From positions 8,397 to 72,396 of the forward strand of contig DASVCA010000025.1 in NCBI GenBank assembly GCA_036381835.1: a stretch of DNA of 64,000 nt, in the 5' to 3' direction. A model generated the notes under the pieces. The model was given only the letters and a program-made list of their open reading frames with translations. It was not told the origin of the DNA and searched no databases. The position numbers and the translations under genes were made by a program. Shown here one piece after another: positions 18,949 to 29,960 of this stretch. Source of the DNA: Micromonosporaceae bacterium. Lineage in GTDB: Bacteria; Actinomycetota; Actinomycetes; Mycobacteriales; Micromonosporaceae. Position 1 is the first letter of the stretch, and each line of letters starts with the position of its first letter.

Positions 18949-19839
18949 GTGTCCGACGATGAAACGCTGGTGCGGCAGCGGCTGCTGGCCCTCCTCGACG
19001 CCGATCCCGCAGGCGGCGGCCACGTTTCGGCGACCGAGCATGTGGTACGACCGGCTGCCGGCGTTCCCGGCCCACCGGCCGACGGCGTCCGGCCGACTGC
19101 GGCGGTCGACCCGGTCGGTCGGAGCGCGCTCACCCTGGATCAGCCCCCGAACCCGGTCGGACCGTCTGCGCCGGACCAGCCCGTGCAGCCCTCGGCGCCG
19201 TTCCGGTGGTTGGGAGACTCCCGGGTGTTCGACCCCGGCCGACGGGGAGTGAAGGCGCTCGCTGTGGTTGCCGCGGCCGTGGTGCTGGGCGCCGGCGCCT
19301 GGGCGTGGCGGTCGCGACCGCAGACCCAGCCGCTTCGCGACGTGCCATCGGCCGGACAGATCGTGGAACCGGTCGGCGACCCGGCGATCGACCCGTCTGC
19401 CGCGACCCCCGCAGGCGAGGTGGTCGTCGCCGTGTCCGGGAAAGTCCGCCGCCCCGGGCTGGTCCGGCTTCCGGCCGGCGCTCGAGTCGCCGACGCGATC
19501 GAGGGTGCCGGTGGGACGCTGCCCGGCGCCGAGACCTCGCTCCTGAACCTGGCGCGCAAAGTCACCGACGGTGAACTGATCCTGGTCGGGGTGACACCGC
19601 CCCCCGGAACGGTCACCGGAGCCACGGGGGAGACCGTCGCGGGCGGCGGGAAGGTGAACCTGAACACCGCCACCCAGGCGCAACTGGAGACGTTGCCCGG
19701 AGTCGGACCCGTGCTCGCCCAGCGCATCCTCGCGTACCGGGAGCGGCACGGGGGATTCCGTAGCGTCACCGATCTGCGGCGGGTCGAAGGCATCGGCGAC
19801 GCACGGTTCGAGCAGCTCCGGGATCTGGTGACGGTGTGA
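18949..19839 (+). CDS. comEA: ComEA family DNA-binding protein
   Basis: SLBB-like region and C-terminal helix-hairpin-helix pair (VNLNTATQAQLETLPGVGPVLAQRILAYRERHGGF...LRRVEGIGDARFEQL). Confidence 0.8.
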   Translation: MSDDETLVRQRLLALLDADPAGGGHVSATEHVVRPAAGVPGPPADGVRPTAAVDPVGRSALTLDQPPNPVGPSAPDQPVQPSAPFRWLGDSRVFDPGRRGVKALAVVAAAVVLGAGAWAWRSRPQTQPLRDVPSAGQIVEPVGDPAIDPSAATPAGEVVVAVSGKVRRPGLVRLPAGARVADAIEGAGGTLPGAETSLLNLARKVTDGELILVGVTPPPGTVTGATGETVAGGGKVNLNTATQAQLETLPGVGPVLAQRILAYRERHGGFRSVTDLRRVEGIGDARFEQLRDLVTV

Positions 19840-22184
19840 CGGCCGGAGCCGACGGCGGCGCGCCGGACCTCAGGCTGGCCGGGCTCGCCGTAACGACCTG
19901 GCTGACCGCGCTGGCCGGGCTCCATCTGTCCGCCGGTGTCAGCATTGTGATCGCGGTCTGCGCCGCCGTGGCGGCCCTGGCGGGCGTGGCCGTCGCGGTT
20001 CGACGACCGCAGGCCCCCGGATGGCTGATCGTGGCGTTGCTGCTCGGCGTGATATGCGGTAGTACGGCCACCGCGGCGCGGGTCGTCAACCGGGACGCCC
20101 CCGACCTCGCTCGATTGGCCGAGGCGCGCGCCGAAGTCGCGGCGGCGCTTGTGGTCCGCGACGACCCCCGACGGGTGTCCAATGGCGGTGCCACCCCGCT
20201 CTACCTCGTGCGGGCACGGCTCGCCTGGCTTCAGGTCGAGGACGGCACCCGGATCGCCGCCCCGGTCCGCATTCTCGTCCTCGCCGGCAACCCGGACTGG
20301 GCCGGCTTGCTGCCCGGCCAGCGGCTGACCGCCACCGGGCGGCTCATGCCACCACGCGGGGGAGACCTGACCGCGGCCGTCCTCACCACGAACACCGGCC
20401 CGGAGTTGATCGGTGAGCCCTCGTGGGCGCAACGTGCGGCAGGCTTCCTGCGCACCGGACTCCAGGACGCCTGTCGACCGCTTCCCAACGAGCCGGGCGG
20501 GCTGCTACCCGGTCTGGTGGTGGGCGACACCAGCCGGCTCGACCCATCGGTCGAGGACGACTTCCGAGCGACCGGCATGACCCACTTGACGGCGGTCTCC
20601 GGCTCGAACGTCGCGATCGTGCTCGGGTTCGTGCTGCTACTCGCGAGATGGGGACGCGCCGGTCCGTGGCTCGCCGCAGGTACCTGCGGGCTGGCACTGG
20701 TCGGTTTCGTTATCCTCGTCCGGCCCTCGCCCAGCGTGGTACGCGCCGCGACCATGGGGGCGATCGGGCTGCTCGCGCTCGCCACCGGCCGCCGCCGGGC
20801 TGCGCTGCCCGCCCTGGCGGCCGCCGTAGTGGTCCTGGTCGTCATCGATCCGGGACTCGCCGGCGACGCGGGATTCGCCCTCTCCGTGCTCGCCACCGCC
20901 GGGCTGCTGCTGCTCGCCCCCGTCTGGCGGGACGCGCTGCGCCGCCGGGGAGTGCCGTCCGGGCTCGCCGAGGCGCTCGCTGTCCCGGCCGCCGCCCAAC
21001 TGGCGTGCTCGCCCGTGGTGGCGGGGTTGTCCGGAACCGTCAGCCTGGTCGCCGTACCGGCGAACCTGCTGGCCGTGCCCGCGATCGCCCCGGCCACGGT
21101 CATCGGGGTGGCGGCGGCGGTGGCATCGCCGATCTGGCCCGCCTTCGCGGAATTCGCCGCCTGGCTCGGCCACTGGCCCGCCTGGTGGCTGGTGCTGGTG
21201 GCGCGTCACGGTGCGCGGCTTCCCGCCGGGAACCTGCCGTGGTTGGAGGGTGCGGCGGGGGCGCTGTCGCTCGCGGCGCTCACCGTCGCGCTGCTGGTCG
21301 CGATCCGCCATCCGCTGGCGCGCAAGCTGATCGCGGTGGTAACCGCGAGCGCGGCCGTAGGAACGCTCCTGGTGCGGCTGCTGGTGCCCGGCTGGCCGCC
21401 CTCGAATTGGGTGGTCGTCCTCTGCGCGGTAGGGCAGGGCGACACCGTGGTGCTGTCGGCGGGCCCTGGCCAAGCCGTCGTGATCGATGCGGGACCCGAG
21501 CCGACCGTGGCGGACCGTTGCCTGCGCAGGCTCGCCGTCGACCATGTGGGCCTGCTGGTGATCAGCCACCTGCATGCCGATCACGTGGGCGGGATCGCCG
21601 GCGTGCTACGTGACCGTCGCGTCGATGCGGTGGTGATCCCGCCTTGGCCGGAGCCCGAAGCGGGATACGCCCTGGTGCGGCAGAACGCGGCGGGCCGCGG
21701 GGTGCCGGTGGGCCAGGTGTCCGGCGGCTGGGTGTCTCGGTTCGGTGGGGTGGAGCTTGTCGCCCTCGGCCCGCCCTATCCCATGCGCGGCACCCGGTCC
21801 GATCCCAACAACAACTCCTTGGTGCTGATGGCGCGCGTAGCGGGAGTCCGCATCCTGCTCGCCGGCGACGCGGAGAACGACGAACAGCAGGCGCTGCTCG
21901 ACCGGCCCGGGCCCGGTGCGCTGCGGGCGGATGTGCTGAAGGTCGCCCACCACGGTTCGGCGTATCAGGAGCCGGCGTTTCTCGACGCGGTCGACCCGGC
22001 GGTCGCGTTGGTTCCGGTCGGCCGCGACAACAGGTACGGGCATCCGGACCAGGGCGTCCTCGACCGGCTCGCCGGTGCCGGCGCTCGGGTGCTGCGCACC
22101 GACGTCGACGGGGACGTGGCGGTGCTGCGTGTCGACGGGGGGCTGGCGGTCGCGGTGCGCGGCCCCGACGACGACCGGAGATGA
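19836..22184 (+). CDS. comEC: ComEC/Rec2 family protein with metallo-beta-lactamase domain
   Basis: Polytopic membrane region followed by the HLHADHVGG MBL motif. GTGA overlap with comEA. Confidence 0.85.
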   Translation: MTAGADGGAPDLRLAGLAVTTWLTALAGLHLSAGVSIVIAVCAAVAALAGVAVAVRRPQAPGWLIVALLLGVICGSTATAARVVNRDAPDLARLAEARAEVAAALVVRDDPRRVSNGGATPLYLVRARLAWLQVEDGTRIAAPVRILVLAGNPDWAGLLPGQRLTATGRLMPPRGGDLTAAVLTTNTGPELIGEPSWAQRAAGFLRTGLQDACRPLPNEPGGLLPGLVVGDTSRLDPSVEDDFRATGMTHLTAVSGSNVAIVLGFVLLLARWGRAGPWLAAGTCGLALVGFVILVRPSPSVVRAATMGAIGLLALATGRRRAALPALAAAVVVLVVIDPGLAGDAGFALSVLATAGLLLLAPVWRDALRRRGVPSGLAEALAVPAAAQLACSPVVAGLSGTVSLVAVPANLLAVPAIAPATVIGVAAAVASPIWPAFAEFAAWLGHWPAWWLVLVARHGARLPAGNLPWLEGAAGALSLAALTVALLVAIRHPLARKLIAVVTASAAVGTLLVRLLVPGWPPSNWVVVLCAVGQGDTVVLSAGPGQAVVIDAGPEPTVADRCLRRLAVDHVGLLVISHLHADHVGGIAGVLRDRRVDAVVIPPWPEPEAGYALVRQNAAGRGVPVGQVSGGWVSRFGGVELVALGPPYPMRGTRSDPNNNSLVLMARVAGVRILLAGDAENDEQQALLDRPGPGALRADVLKVAHHGSAYQEPAFLDAVDPAVALVPVGRDNRYGHPDQGVLDRLAGAGARVLRTDVDGDVAVLRVDGGLAVAVRGPDDDRR

Positions 22185-22238
22185 CACGGCGCGCCGAGCG
22201 TGCCGGTAGCGGGTGGATGCGCCTCGGCGCGTGCGAAC

Positions 22239-23336
22239 ATGGCAGTCGTGACATCCGTCGGTCCCGCCCCGTTGGTGCTCGTGCTCGGTGACGAGGAACT
22301 GCTTGCGATGCGGGCGGTGACTGCCACGGCGGAGGCGGTCCGGGCGATCGACCCGAACGCCGACGTGCGACAGTACGACGCCGGGGCGGTGACCCCGGGC
22401 GAGGTCGACGAGATGCTCAGCCCGTCGTTGTTCGGCGGGCGACGAGTGCTTGTCCTGCAGAACGGCCAGGACGCGCGCAAGGATTTGGTCAGCGTGCTCC
22501 TCGGCTACGCCAAGGCACCCGATCCGGATGTGACCCTGGTGGTGGCGCACGCCGGCGGGGCGAAGGGGAAGGCACTCGCCGACGGGCTGCGCAGCGCCGG
22601 AGCGCAGGTTGTGTCGGCGGCGAAGCTGAAGCGCGATCATGAGCGCGTCGCGTTCGTCCGGGACGAGATCCGCCGTCACGGCGGGCAGTGCTCGGGCGAG
22701 GCGGCGGTCGCCTTGCTCGCCGCGGTCGGCAACGATCTGCGGGAACTCGCTGCAGCCTGCGCACAGCTGGTGGCCGACACGAACGGCCGAATCACCCCGG
22801 AGGTCGTGGGACGGTACTACCGTGGGCGGGCCGAGGTGAGCGGCTTCACCGTGGCCGACGCGGCGATGGTGGGCGATGCGCGAGGGGCCTTGGAGGCACT
22901 GCGCTGGGCGCTGCACATCGGGGTCGACCCGGTGCCGATCGCCGACGCGATCGCCGACGGGGTCCGGACCGTCGCCCGGGTGGCCGCAGCCGGCCGCGGT
23001 AACCCGTACCAACTGGCCAACACGTTGGGCATGCCAGCGTGGAAGATCGAGAAGGCCCAGGAACGCGCTCGGGGCTGGACCGCCGAAGGACTGGCCGAGG
23101 CGATGCGGGCCGCGGCGGAGTGCAACGCCGCGGTCAAGGGCGCCGCGGAAGACCGCGCGTACGCGTTGGAACGGGCCGTCCTAGCGGTCGTGGCCGCCCG
23201 TGCGGCTGAAGGCGAGCGGCCGGTCGGCGGCCCGGCACCGGCTTCGAGCCGCCGACCGTCGGGCGGTCGTTCAGCCGGTCCCTCGGTGGGCGCACGATCC
23301 GGGAACCGGGCGAGAAAGGGCAGTGGGAGTCGATGA
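22239..23336 (+). CDS. holA: DNA polymerase III subunit delta
   Basis: Position after comEC, and similarity of the N-terminal (LVLVLGDEELL) and C-terminal helical domains to HolA. ATG at 22239. Confidence 0.8.
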   Translation: MAVVTSVGPAPLVLVLGDEELLAMRAVTATAEAVRAIDPNADVRQYDAGAVTPGEVDEMLSPSLFGGRRVLVLQNGQDARKDLVSVLLGYAKAPDPDVTLVVAHAGGAKGKALADGLRSAGAQVVSAAKLKRDHERVAFVRDEIRRHGGQCSGEAAVALLAAVGNDLRELAAACAQLVADTNGRITPEVVGRYYRGRAEVSGFTVADAAMVGDARGALEALRWALHIGVDPVPIADAIADGVRTVARVAAAGRGNPYQLANTLGMPAWKIEKAQERARGWTAEGLAEAMRAAAECNAAVKGAAEDRAYALERAVLAVVAARAAEGERPVGGPAPASSRRPSGGRSAGPSVGARSGNRARKGSGSR

Positions 23337-23671
23337 ACGGGCCGCCGGCGGCCTGGCGCGTGGAACTCGACGAGCGTCCGTTCTATCCGCAGCAGCCGCT
23401 CTACGCACGGGTTCTCAGACTGCGTCAGCTCAGTCCGGGCCCGATGCTCTGTTTCGTCCTGCTCGAGGGCAGCCTCACCTTGGGGCTGCTGCTGGCCTTG
23501 GCCGAACTGGCCGTCTGGTGGATCATCCTGGCGCTACCGATGGCAGTCGCCGTCACGGTGAAGGCGAACGACATGATCGCGGCTGTCGTGCTGCGCTCGG
23601 CAGCCCTCGTGCCGGAGCAGGAGCAGGAGCGGTTTCGGCGAGAGGTGCTGCTGCCTCTCGACCGAGGGTAG
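23333..23671 (+). CDS. small hypothetical membrane protein
   Basis: ATGA overlap with holA. Two predicted TM helices (MLCFVLLEGSLTLGLLLALAELAVWWIILALPMAVAV). Confidence 0.5.
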   Translation: MNGPPAAWRVELDERPFYPQQPLYARVLRLRQLSPGPMLCFVLLEGSLTLGLLLALAELAVWWIILALPMAVAVTVKANDMIAAVVLRSAALVPEQEQERFRREVLLPLDRG

Positions 23672-23750
23672 GCGTGCGACCAGCCCACGACGATCTGTCG
23701 GGCACCGACGTGTTCTGTCCTCGGGGCGAGGAGTGATCGGGCGCGGCAAG

Positions 23751-23784
23751 GCGGCGGGGTCAAGCGACCGCTTGACCCCGCCGC
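23751..23784. terminator. bidirectional hairpin between convergent genes (rpsT side)
   Basis: Near-perfect 34-nt palindrome GCGGCGGGGTCAAGCG-AC-CGCTTGACCCCGCCGC, 26 nt past the rpsT stop. Confidence 0.6.
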
Positions 23785-23809
23785 GACGCGGGTATCGGCC
23801 GGCGCCGAC

Positions 23810-24076
23810 TCAGGAGGCGAGCGAGTGCAGGTGCTTGGCGATGGCGGACTTCCGGTTCGCCGCCTGGTTGCGGTGAATCACGCCCTTGCTGGCGGCCTTG
23901 TCCAGCTTGCGGGAAGCCTCGCGCATGAGCACCGTAGCCTTGTCGATCTCGCCGGCCTCGACCGCCTCGTGGAACTTGCGGATGGCGGTCTTCAGCGACG
24001 ACTTGACCGCCTTGTTGCGCAGCCGCCGCTTCTCGTTCTGCCGGTTGCGCTTGATCTGGGACTTGATGTTCGCCAC
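23810..24076 (-). CDS. rpsT: 30S ribosomal protein S20
   Basis: [35 protein letters not shown]... Confidence 0.97.
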   Translation of the reverse strand: MANIKSQIKRNRQNEKRRLRNKAVKSSLKTAIRKFHEAVEAGEIDKATVLMREASRKLDKAASKGVIHRNQAANRKSAIAKHLHSLAS

Positions 24077-24211
24077 GCGACAGCCTCGTCCTGGTATCTC
24101 GAAGTCTCGGATTGGTCAATTTCGGCGCAGGCAACCGTGCCGCGGCACCCGCGCGCAAAGAGGTACGTTACCAGGCAGCCCGACCAGCGCCAAAAGGGGG
24201 CGCGGGCGGCG

Positions 24212-25201
24212 TCACCCCCAGCCGCTACGCTCGGCCAGCCAGGCCAGGGCCGCCTCCCCGCTCCACCGTCGATGCTGCCGCAGATGTGGCGAGGCGTCGA
24301 GCGGCGGCGTCGCCGCCGCACCGGTCAGCCAGTAACCGGACAGCGCCGCGAGTGCGACGTCGAGGGCGTCCGGGGGCGCGTCCAGGCCGGCCGGGTGTTC
24401 GGCGAAGAGGGTGTCGGCGTCGAGTCCGCTGGCGTGCGCGGTGACCAGCAGTCCCACCAGGTCGAACCAGGCGGGACCGTGGCAGGGCCAGGTCCAGTCA
24501 CAGATCCAGGCGTTGCCGGCGGTATCGATCAGCGTGTTGTCCAGTCGCAGGTCACCGTGGATCACCCCGCGGGCACCGTGTGCGTAATGCGGCAGCCGCG
24601 CCTCCAGATCGACCAGATCGGCCAGCCGCTGCGACAGATCCGGCGGTCCGGGCGGCATCTCCTCCCGGCCCGCGGCGACCTCCTGCCACCAGGCCAACTC
24701 GCCGGTCGCGAGGTCGGCCAGCGACGGCAGTCCGAGGCGGAGCAGGTCGGCGGTGGGCTCGCGCAGGGCGGCGGCCGCGCGGGCGTACGCGGACAGTGCG
24801 GCGTCGAGTTCGTCCGGCTGCCACGGCAGGTCCGGCATCCGGCCGGTGATCGCATCGGCGCAACTGACGAAATAACCGGCGGCGACCAGGGTCCACCGGA
24901 TCCGGGGGGCGGGCACCTCGATCGGCAGCGCCGCGGTCAGCGTCGCCTCGCGGGCGTACCAGTCGGCCAGGTGTGCCTGTTCGGTCAACGCCGCGGCCTT
25001 GACGAACACGCGGCCGCCGGCGGCGGTGTCCAGGACGGCGGCGAAGCCGCCGGTGAAGCCGCCCAACGCGGATTCGGCCGCGATGACCGGCGCGCCGAGT
25101 CGGTCCTCGATCGCGTGGCGCAGGTCGGGCGGCAGATCGGGCCACCGCGGGCGTACGGCGGTCGTCTGGTACCGGAACGGGGGTCGACGAGGTACCGGCA
25201 T
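24212..25201 (-). CDS. phosphotransferase (APH/choline-kinase-like) family protein
   Basis: Brenner-type motif VIHGDLRLDNTLI and downstream ICDW. ATG at 25201. Confidence 0.75.
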   Translation of the reverse strand: MPVPRRPPFRYQTTAVRPRWPDLPPDLRHAIEDRLGAPVIAAESALGGFTGGFAAVLDTAAGGRVFVKAAALTEQAHLADWYAREATLTAALPIEVPAPRIRWTLVAAGYFVSCADAITGRMPDLPWQPDELDAALSAYARAAAALREPTADLLRLGLPSLADLATGELAWWQEVAAGREEMPPGPPDLSQRLADLVDLEARLPHYAHGARGVIHGDLRLDNTLIDTAGNAWICDWTWPCHGPAWFDLVGLLVTAHASGLDADTLFAEHPAGLDAPPDALDVALAALSGYWLTGAAATPPLDASPHLRQHRRWSGEAALAWLAERSGWG

Positions 25202-25338
25202 GAGCGCATCCTGTCTCGATCCGTCGCTGTGGAAAGGCGGGCGGGCTGAGCCGGGTGGGCCGTCCGGACATGGGACCATAGGAGGCGGCCGGTTCACCTG
25301 CCGGCCATGGTTGCGCAGACACGACAGAACGGACGACC

Positions 25339-27216
25339 GTGCCACCGACGCTCGACCCTGGTGTGAACGTTCCCGGTGCCACCGACCCCAGCCGGATCAG
25401 GAACTTCTGCATCATCGCCCACATCGACCACGGCAAGTCGACGCTGGCCGACCGGATGCTGCAGCTCACCGAGGTGGTGGAGCCGCGGCAGATGCGCGCC
25501 CAGTATCTCGACCGGATGGACATCGAGCGGGAACGGGGCATCACGATCAAGAGCCAGGCGGTCCGTATGCCGTGGACCGTGCGGGACGGCGAGCGCAAGG
25601 GCGAAGCCGCCGTCCTGAACATGATCGACACTCCGGGGCACGTGGACTTCACGTACGAGGTCTCCCGCTCGCTCGCCGCCTGCGAGGGTGCGGTCCTGCT
25701 GGTCGACGCGGCGCAGGGGATCGAGGCGCAGACGCTCGCCAATCTGTACCTCGCGCTGGAGAACGATCTGCACATCATCCCGGTGCTGAACAAGATCGAC
25801 TTGCCGGCTGCGCAGCCCGACAAGTACGCCGAGGAGCTGGCTCGCCTCATCGGCTGTGAGCCGACCGACTGCCTGCGGGTGTCGGGCAAGACCGGCGAGG
25901 GGGTCGCCCACCTGCTCGACGAGATCGTCCGGCAGATTCCCGCGCCGACCGGGGATCGGCATGCCCCGGCGCGCGCCATGATCTTCGACTCGGTCTACGA
26001 CGTCTACCGTGGGGTCGTCACCTACGTGCGGGTGGTGGACGGGCGGATCGAGGCCCGGGACCGGATCAGGATGATGTCCACCGGCGCGACTCACGAGCTC
26101 CTGGAGCTGGGGGTCATCTCGCCGGAGATGCAGAAGGCCGCCGCGATCGGGGTCGGCGAGGTCGGTTACCTCATCACCGGGGTCAAGGACGTCCGCCAGT
26201 CGCGGGTGGGTGACACCATCACCATCAACGCCCGCCCGGCGACGGAGCCGCTCGGCGGGTACAAGGATCCGAAGCCGATGGTGTACTCCGGTCTTTATCC
26301 CATCGACGGCTCCGACTACCCTGCGTTGCGGGACGCGCTCGACAAGCTCAAGCTGAACGATGCCGCGCTGAGTTACGAGCCGGAGACCTCGGGGGCACTC
26401 GGGTTCGGCTTCCGCTGCGGCTTTCTCGGCCTGCTGCACCTGGAGATCATCCGGGAGCGGTTGGAGCGGGAGTTCGGCCTCGATCTGATCTCCACCGCGC
26501 CGAACGTGGTGTATCGGGTGGTGATGGAGGACGGGCGGGAGATCACGGTCACCAACCCGAGCGAGTACCCGTCCGGCAAGATCGCGGCCGTGTACGAGCC
26601 GGTGGTGCGCGCCACGGTGCTCACCCCGAACGACTTCGTCGGCGCGGTGATGGAGTTGTGCCAGGGGCGGCGGGGCACGCTGCTCGGCATGGACTACCTG
26701 TCGACCGATCGGGTGGAGCTGCGCTACAACCTGCCCCTAGCGGAGATCATCTTCGACTTCTTCGACCAGTTGAAGAGTCGTACCAAGGGTTATGCGAGCC
26801 TCGACTACGAGCCGTCCGGCGAGCAGTCGGCGGACCTGGTCAAGGTCGACATCCTGTTGCACGGTGACGCGGTGGACGCGTTCAGCGCGATCGTGCACAA
26901 GGACAAGGCCTACAGCTACGGCGTGTCGATGGCGGCGAAGTTGCGCAACCTGATCCCACGCCAGCAGTTCGAGGTGCCGATTCAGGCGGCGATCGGCAGC
27001 CGCGTCATCGCCCGCGAGACCATCCGTGCGATCCGCAAGGACGTGCTGGCCAAGTGCTACGGCGGCGACATCACCCGCAAACGCAAGCTGCTGGAGAAGC
27101 AGAAGGAAGGCAAGAAGCGGATGAAGATGGTCGGCCGGGTGGAGGTTCCGCAGGAAGCGTTCATCGCGGCTCTGTCGACGTCGGAGACCGGAGAGGGCAA
27201 GACCGGCCGGAAGTAG
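25339..27216 (+). CDS. lepA: translation elongation factor 4
   Basis: [35 protein letters not shown], and the LepA C-terminal domain. Confidence 0.97.
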   Translation: MPPTLDPGVNVPGATDPSRIRNFCIIAHIDHGKSTLADRMLQLTEVVEPRQMRAQYLDRMDIERERGITIKSQAVRMPWTVRDGERKGEAAVLNMIDTPGHVDFTYEVSRSLAACEGAVLLVDAAQGIEAQTLANLYLALENDLHIIPVLNKIDLPAAQPDKYAEELARLIGCEPTDCLRVSGKTGEGVAHLLDEIVRQIPAPTGDRHAPARAMIFDSVYDVYRGVVTYVRVVDGRIEARDRIRMMSTGATHELLELGVISPEMQKAAAIGVGEVGYLITGVKDVRQSRVGDTITINARPATEPLGGYKDPKPMVYSGLYPIDGSDYPALRDALDKLKLNDAALSYEPETSGALGFGFRCGFLGLLHLEIIRERLEREFGLDLISTAPNVVYRVVMEDGREITVTNPSEYPSGKIAAVYEPVVRATVLTPNDFVGAVMELCQGRRGTLLGMDYLSTDRVELRYNLPLAEIIFDFFDQLKSRTKGYASLDYEPSGEQSADLVKVDILLHGDAVDAFSAIVHKDKAYSYGVSMAAKLRNLIPRQQFEVPIQAAIGSRVIARETIRAIRKDVLAKCYGGDITRKRKLLEKQKEGKKRMKMVGRVEVPQEAFIAALSTSETGEGKTGRK

Positions 27217-27297
27217 ACGCTCGGCCGCCTGTTTCGGATTCCTCGTAACGGGTACAAAGCGGTCACGAAACCGAGCCCGAAGGAGGAGGGCCGTGGC

Positions 27298-27576
27298 GTG
27301 ACGGTAACCGGAATCATCAGCGCGCTCATCGTCGGGTTGATCATCGGCGCGCTTGGCCGCTTGGTCGTTCCCGGCCGGCAGAACATTCCCATCTGGTTGA
27401 CCATGCTGATCGGGATCGGGGCGGCGTTGCTCGGCACGGTCCTCGCGCGGGCGATCGGCGTGGCGCAGACCCGCGGATTCGATTGGACCGAGTTGTTCTT
27501 CCAGGTGATATTGGCGGCGATCGGCGTGGCGCTGGTGGCCGGGATGGCGGGACGGCGCGGGGTCAGTCGATACTGA
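27298..27576 (+). CDS. GlsB/YeaQ/YmgE family stress-response membrane protein
   Basis: Small three-TM protein: GIISALIVGLIIGALGRLVVPG...IPIWLTMLIGIGAALLG. Confidence 0.85.
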   Translation: MTVTGIISALIVGLIIGALGRLVVPGRQNIPIWLTMLIGIGAALLGTVLARAIGVAQTRGFDWTELFFQVILAAIGVALVAGMAGRRGVSRY

Positions 27577-27681
27577 CTCATGACGGTCGCCGATGCCGGA
27601 TCACCCCTATCGTAAAAGAAATTTTCCCACTAGGGTGCGGCTGCAGAAGGTTAGTGCCAGAATCGGCGCGAGGGAGTAGCC

Positions 27682-28971
27682 GTGACAAGGTGGAACAGGC
27701 TGGCCCCGGTGACCGCAGCGGTCGCATCTGCCGCGATGCTGCTCGCCGGGTGCGGTGGATCGGATGACGACAGGGCCGCTGACACCAGCAGACTCGTGGT
27801 CTGGATGATGGGCGACGGCAACGAGGCGCAGACCGCCTTCCTCGACGAGGTGGAGGCCGAGTTCCGGCAGAAACATCCGGATACCGACGTGGTCGTCCAG
27901 TACATCCCGTGGTTGGAGGCGTCGAAGAAATTCCAGGCCGCGCTGGCCGGCGGCGAGGGACCGGACGTCACCGAGGTCGGCAACACCGACACCGCGGGCT
28001 GGGCGGCACAGGACGCCTTCGCCGACCTGACCCCACGGCTGAGCGGCTGGGCGGAGGCCAAGGACATCGTGCCCGGTCTGCTGCAGAACGCGCAGCTGGA
28101 CGGCAAACAGTACGGCATCCCCTGGTACGCCGGGGTGCGTGGCGTCTTCTACCGCAAGGACTGGTTCGACGCCGCCGGGGTCAAGCCGCCGACCAGCTGG
28201 GATGAGCTGGTGACCGTGGCCAAGACCCTTCAGGCGAAGTACCCCGACAAGTACGCGATCGCCCTGCCGGGCAATTCGGAACTGCCGTTCTATTCGGTGC
28301 TCTGGTCCGCCGGGGCGGAGATCGCCACCAAGAACGGGAACACCTGGGACTCCGGTTACGACACGCCCGAGGCGCAGCGCGCGGTCAAGGCCTGGACCGA
28401 ACTGGTGACCGTGCACAAGGTCGCTCCGCCTGCCGCGGCCGGCTGGAACGAGGTGGACGCCCGTACCCAGTTCGCGACCGGGCAGGCGGCCATGGCGTTC
28501 GCCGGGCACTGGCAGCAGGGCGCGATGACGAAGGACAACCCCGACCTGGAGAAGGTGTGGGGCACCTTCGCGATCCCCGGGCTGGACGGCAAGCCTGCCC
28601 CGGTGTTCGCCGGCGGTTCGGACATCGCCATCTGGAAGGACAGCCAGCGGCAGGACCTCGCCTGGGACTACCTGACCGTCCTGCTCAGCAAGAAGTACGC
28701 CCAGAAGTGGGCGGACAGCCTCAAGTTCTTCCCCGTCTACCAGGACCTGCTGTCCGGCGGCGGCTACGCGGCCGACCCGATCATGGCACCGTTCGCCGAA
28801 GCCATGCGGAACGCCAAGATGACGCCGGTCACCCCGCAATGGGTCGAGGTCAGCAAGAACCGCATGCTCACCCAGAGCATGAACACCGCGGTCATCCGCG
28901 GGCAGAAGACCGTCGAGCAGGCGACGACGGAAGCCGCGGCGGAGATGGACAAGATCCTCAACGCCGAGTGA
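27682..28971 (+). CDS. ABC transporter substrate-binding lipoprotein (CUT1 sugar family)
   Basis: Lipobox LLAGCGG and an extracellular solute-binding fold. It is followed by two MalF/MalG-type permeases. Confidence 0.85.
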   Translation: MTRWNRLAPVTAAVASAAMLLAGCGGSDDDRAADTSRLVVWMMGDGNEAQTAFLDEVEAEFRQKHPDTDVVVQYIPWLEASKKFQAALAGGEGPDVTEVGNTDTAGWAAQDAFADLTPRLSGWAEAKDIVPGLLQNAQLDGKQYGIPWYAGVRGVFYRKDWFDAAGVKPPTSWDELVTVAKTLQAKYPDKYAIALPGNSELPFYSVLWSAGAEIATKNGNTWDSGYDTPEAQRAVKAWTELVTVHKVAPPAAAGWNEVDARTQFATGQAAMAFAGHWQQGAMTKDNPDLEKVWGTFAIPGLDGKPAPVFAGGSDIAIWKDSQRQDLAWDYLTVLLSKKYAQKWADSLKFFPVYQDLLSGGGYAADPIMAPFAEAMRNAKMTPVTPQWVEVSKNRMLTQSMNTAVIRGQKTVEQATTEAAAEMDKILNAE

Positions 28972-29960
28972 TGACCACTCTCGTCCGCGACGAACCCGAG
29001 GCCGCCGGCGCGCAGCAGGTCCCCGCGCGCCGGCGGCGCCGGCGGGTGGACCGCCTGCCGTACCTCCTGCTCCTGCCCTCCCTTGTGATCATCGGCGTCC
29101 TGCTGCTCTGGCCGCTCGGGCAGGTCGTGGTCATGTCCTTCTTCGACCTCGACCACGTACGGCAGATCCAGGGGCGGCGCGAGTGGCCGTTCGCCGGACT
29201 GGACAACTACCGGGAGATCCTCGGCGACCCCTTCTTCCGCACGGTGCTGCGCAACACCGTGCTCTTCGCCGCCGTCAACGTGGCGATCACGATGGTTCTG
29301 GGCACCCTGGTCGGTCTGCTGCTCAACCGGCTGAGCAGCAGGATGGCCGCCGTCGTCGGCAGTTGCGTCATGCTGGCCTGGGCGACTCCGGCGTTGATCG
29401 GGGCGATCGTCTGGAAGTGGATCTTCGACGACACCAGCGGCCTGGCGACCTGGGCGCTCAACGCGCTCCCCGACGGGTTGTCCGAGGCGCTGTTCGGCCG
29501 GTCCGACTGGACCGGCTACGGCTGGTTCAACTCGCCCTTGCTCTTCTTCTCGATCCTCACGCTCGTGGTGGTCTGGCACTCGTTCCCGTTCGTCGCGGTC
29601 AGCGTGCTGGCGGGCCTAAAGAGCGTGCCGAGCGAGCTGTACGAGGCGGCGCGCGTCGACGGTGCCGGTCCGTGGCGGATCTTCTGGTCGGTCACCTTCC
29701 CGATGCTTCGCCCGGTCTTCGGCATCCTGGTGGTGCTCTCCACGATCTGGGACTTCAAGGTGTTCACCCAGCAGTTCGTCCTGGCCGGCGGGACCCACGA
29801 CCGGCCGACCTTCATGCTGAGCATCTACTCGTACGCGATGGCGTTCTCCCCACCGCCGAAATACAGCCTGGGATCGGCGATCGCGGTCATCCTGACCCTG
29901 ATCCTGCTCGCGGTGACCGGGTTCTACGTGCGCATGCTGCTGCGGCAGGAGGAGCGGTGA
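28971..29960 (+). CDS. carbohydrate ABC transporter permease (MalF-like)
   Basis: The ATG overlaps the upstream stop (TGATG). EAA-loop region SELYEAARVDGAGPWRIFWSVTFPMLRP. Confidence 0.85.
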   Translation: MTTLVRDEPEAAGAQQVPARRRRRRVDRLPYLLLLPSLVIIGVLLLWPLGQVVVMSFFDLDHVRQIQGRREWPFAGLDNYREILGDPFFRTVLRNTVLFAAVNVAITMVLGTLVGLLLNRLSSRMAAVVGSCVMLAWATPALIGAIVWKWIFDDTSGLATWALNALPDGLSEALFGRSDWTGYGWFNSPLLFFSILTLVVVWHSFPFVAVSVLAGLKSVPSELYEAARVDGAGPWRIFWSVTFPMLRPVFGILVVLSTIWDFKVFTQQFVLAGGTHDRPTFMLSIYSYAMAFSPPPKYSLGSAIAVILTLILLAVTGFYVRMLLRQEER

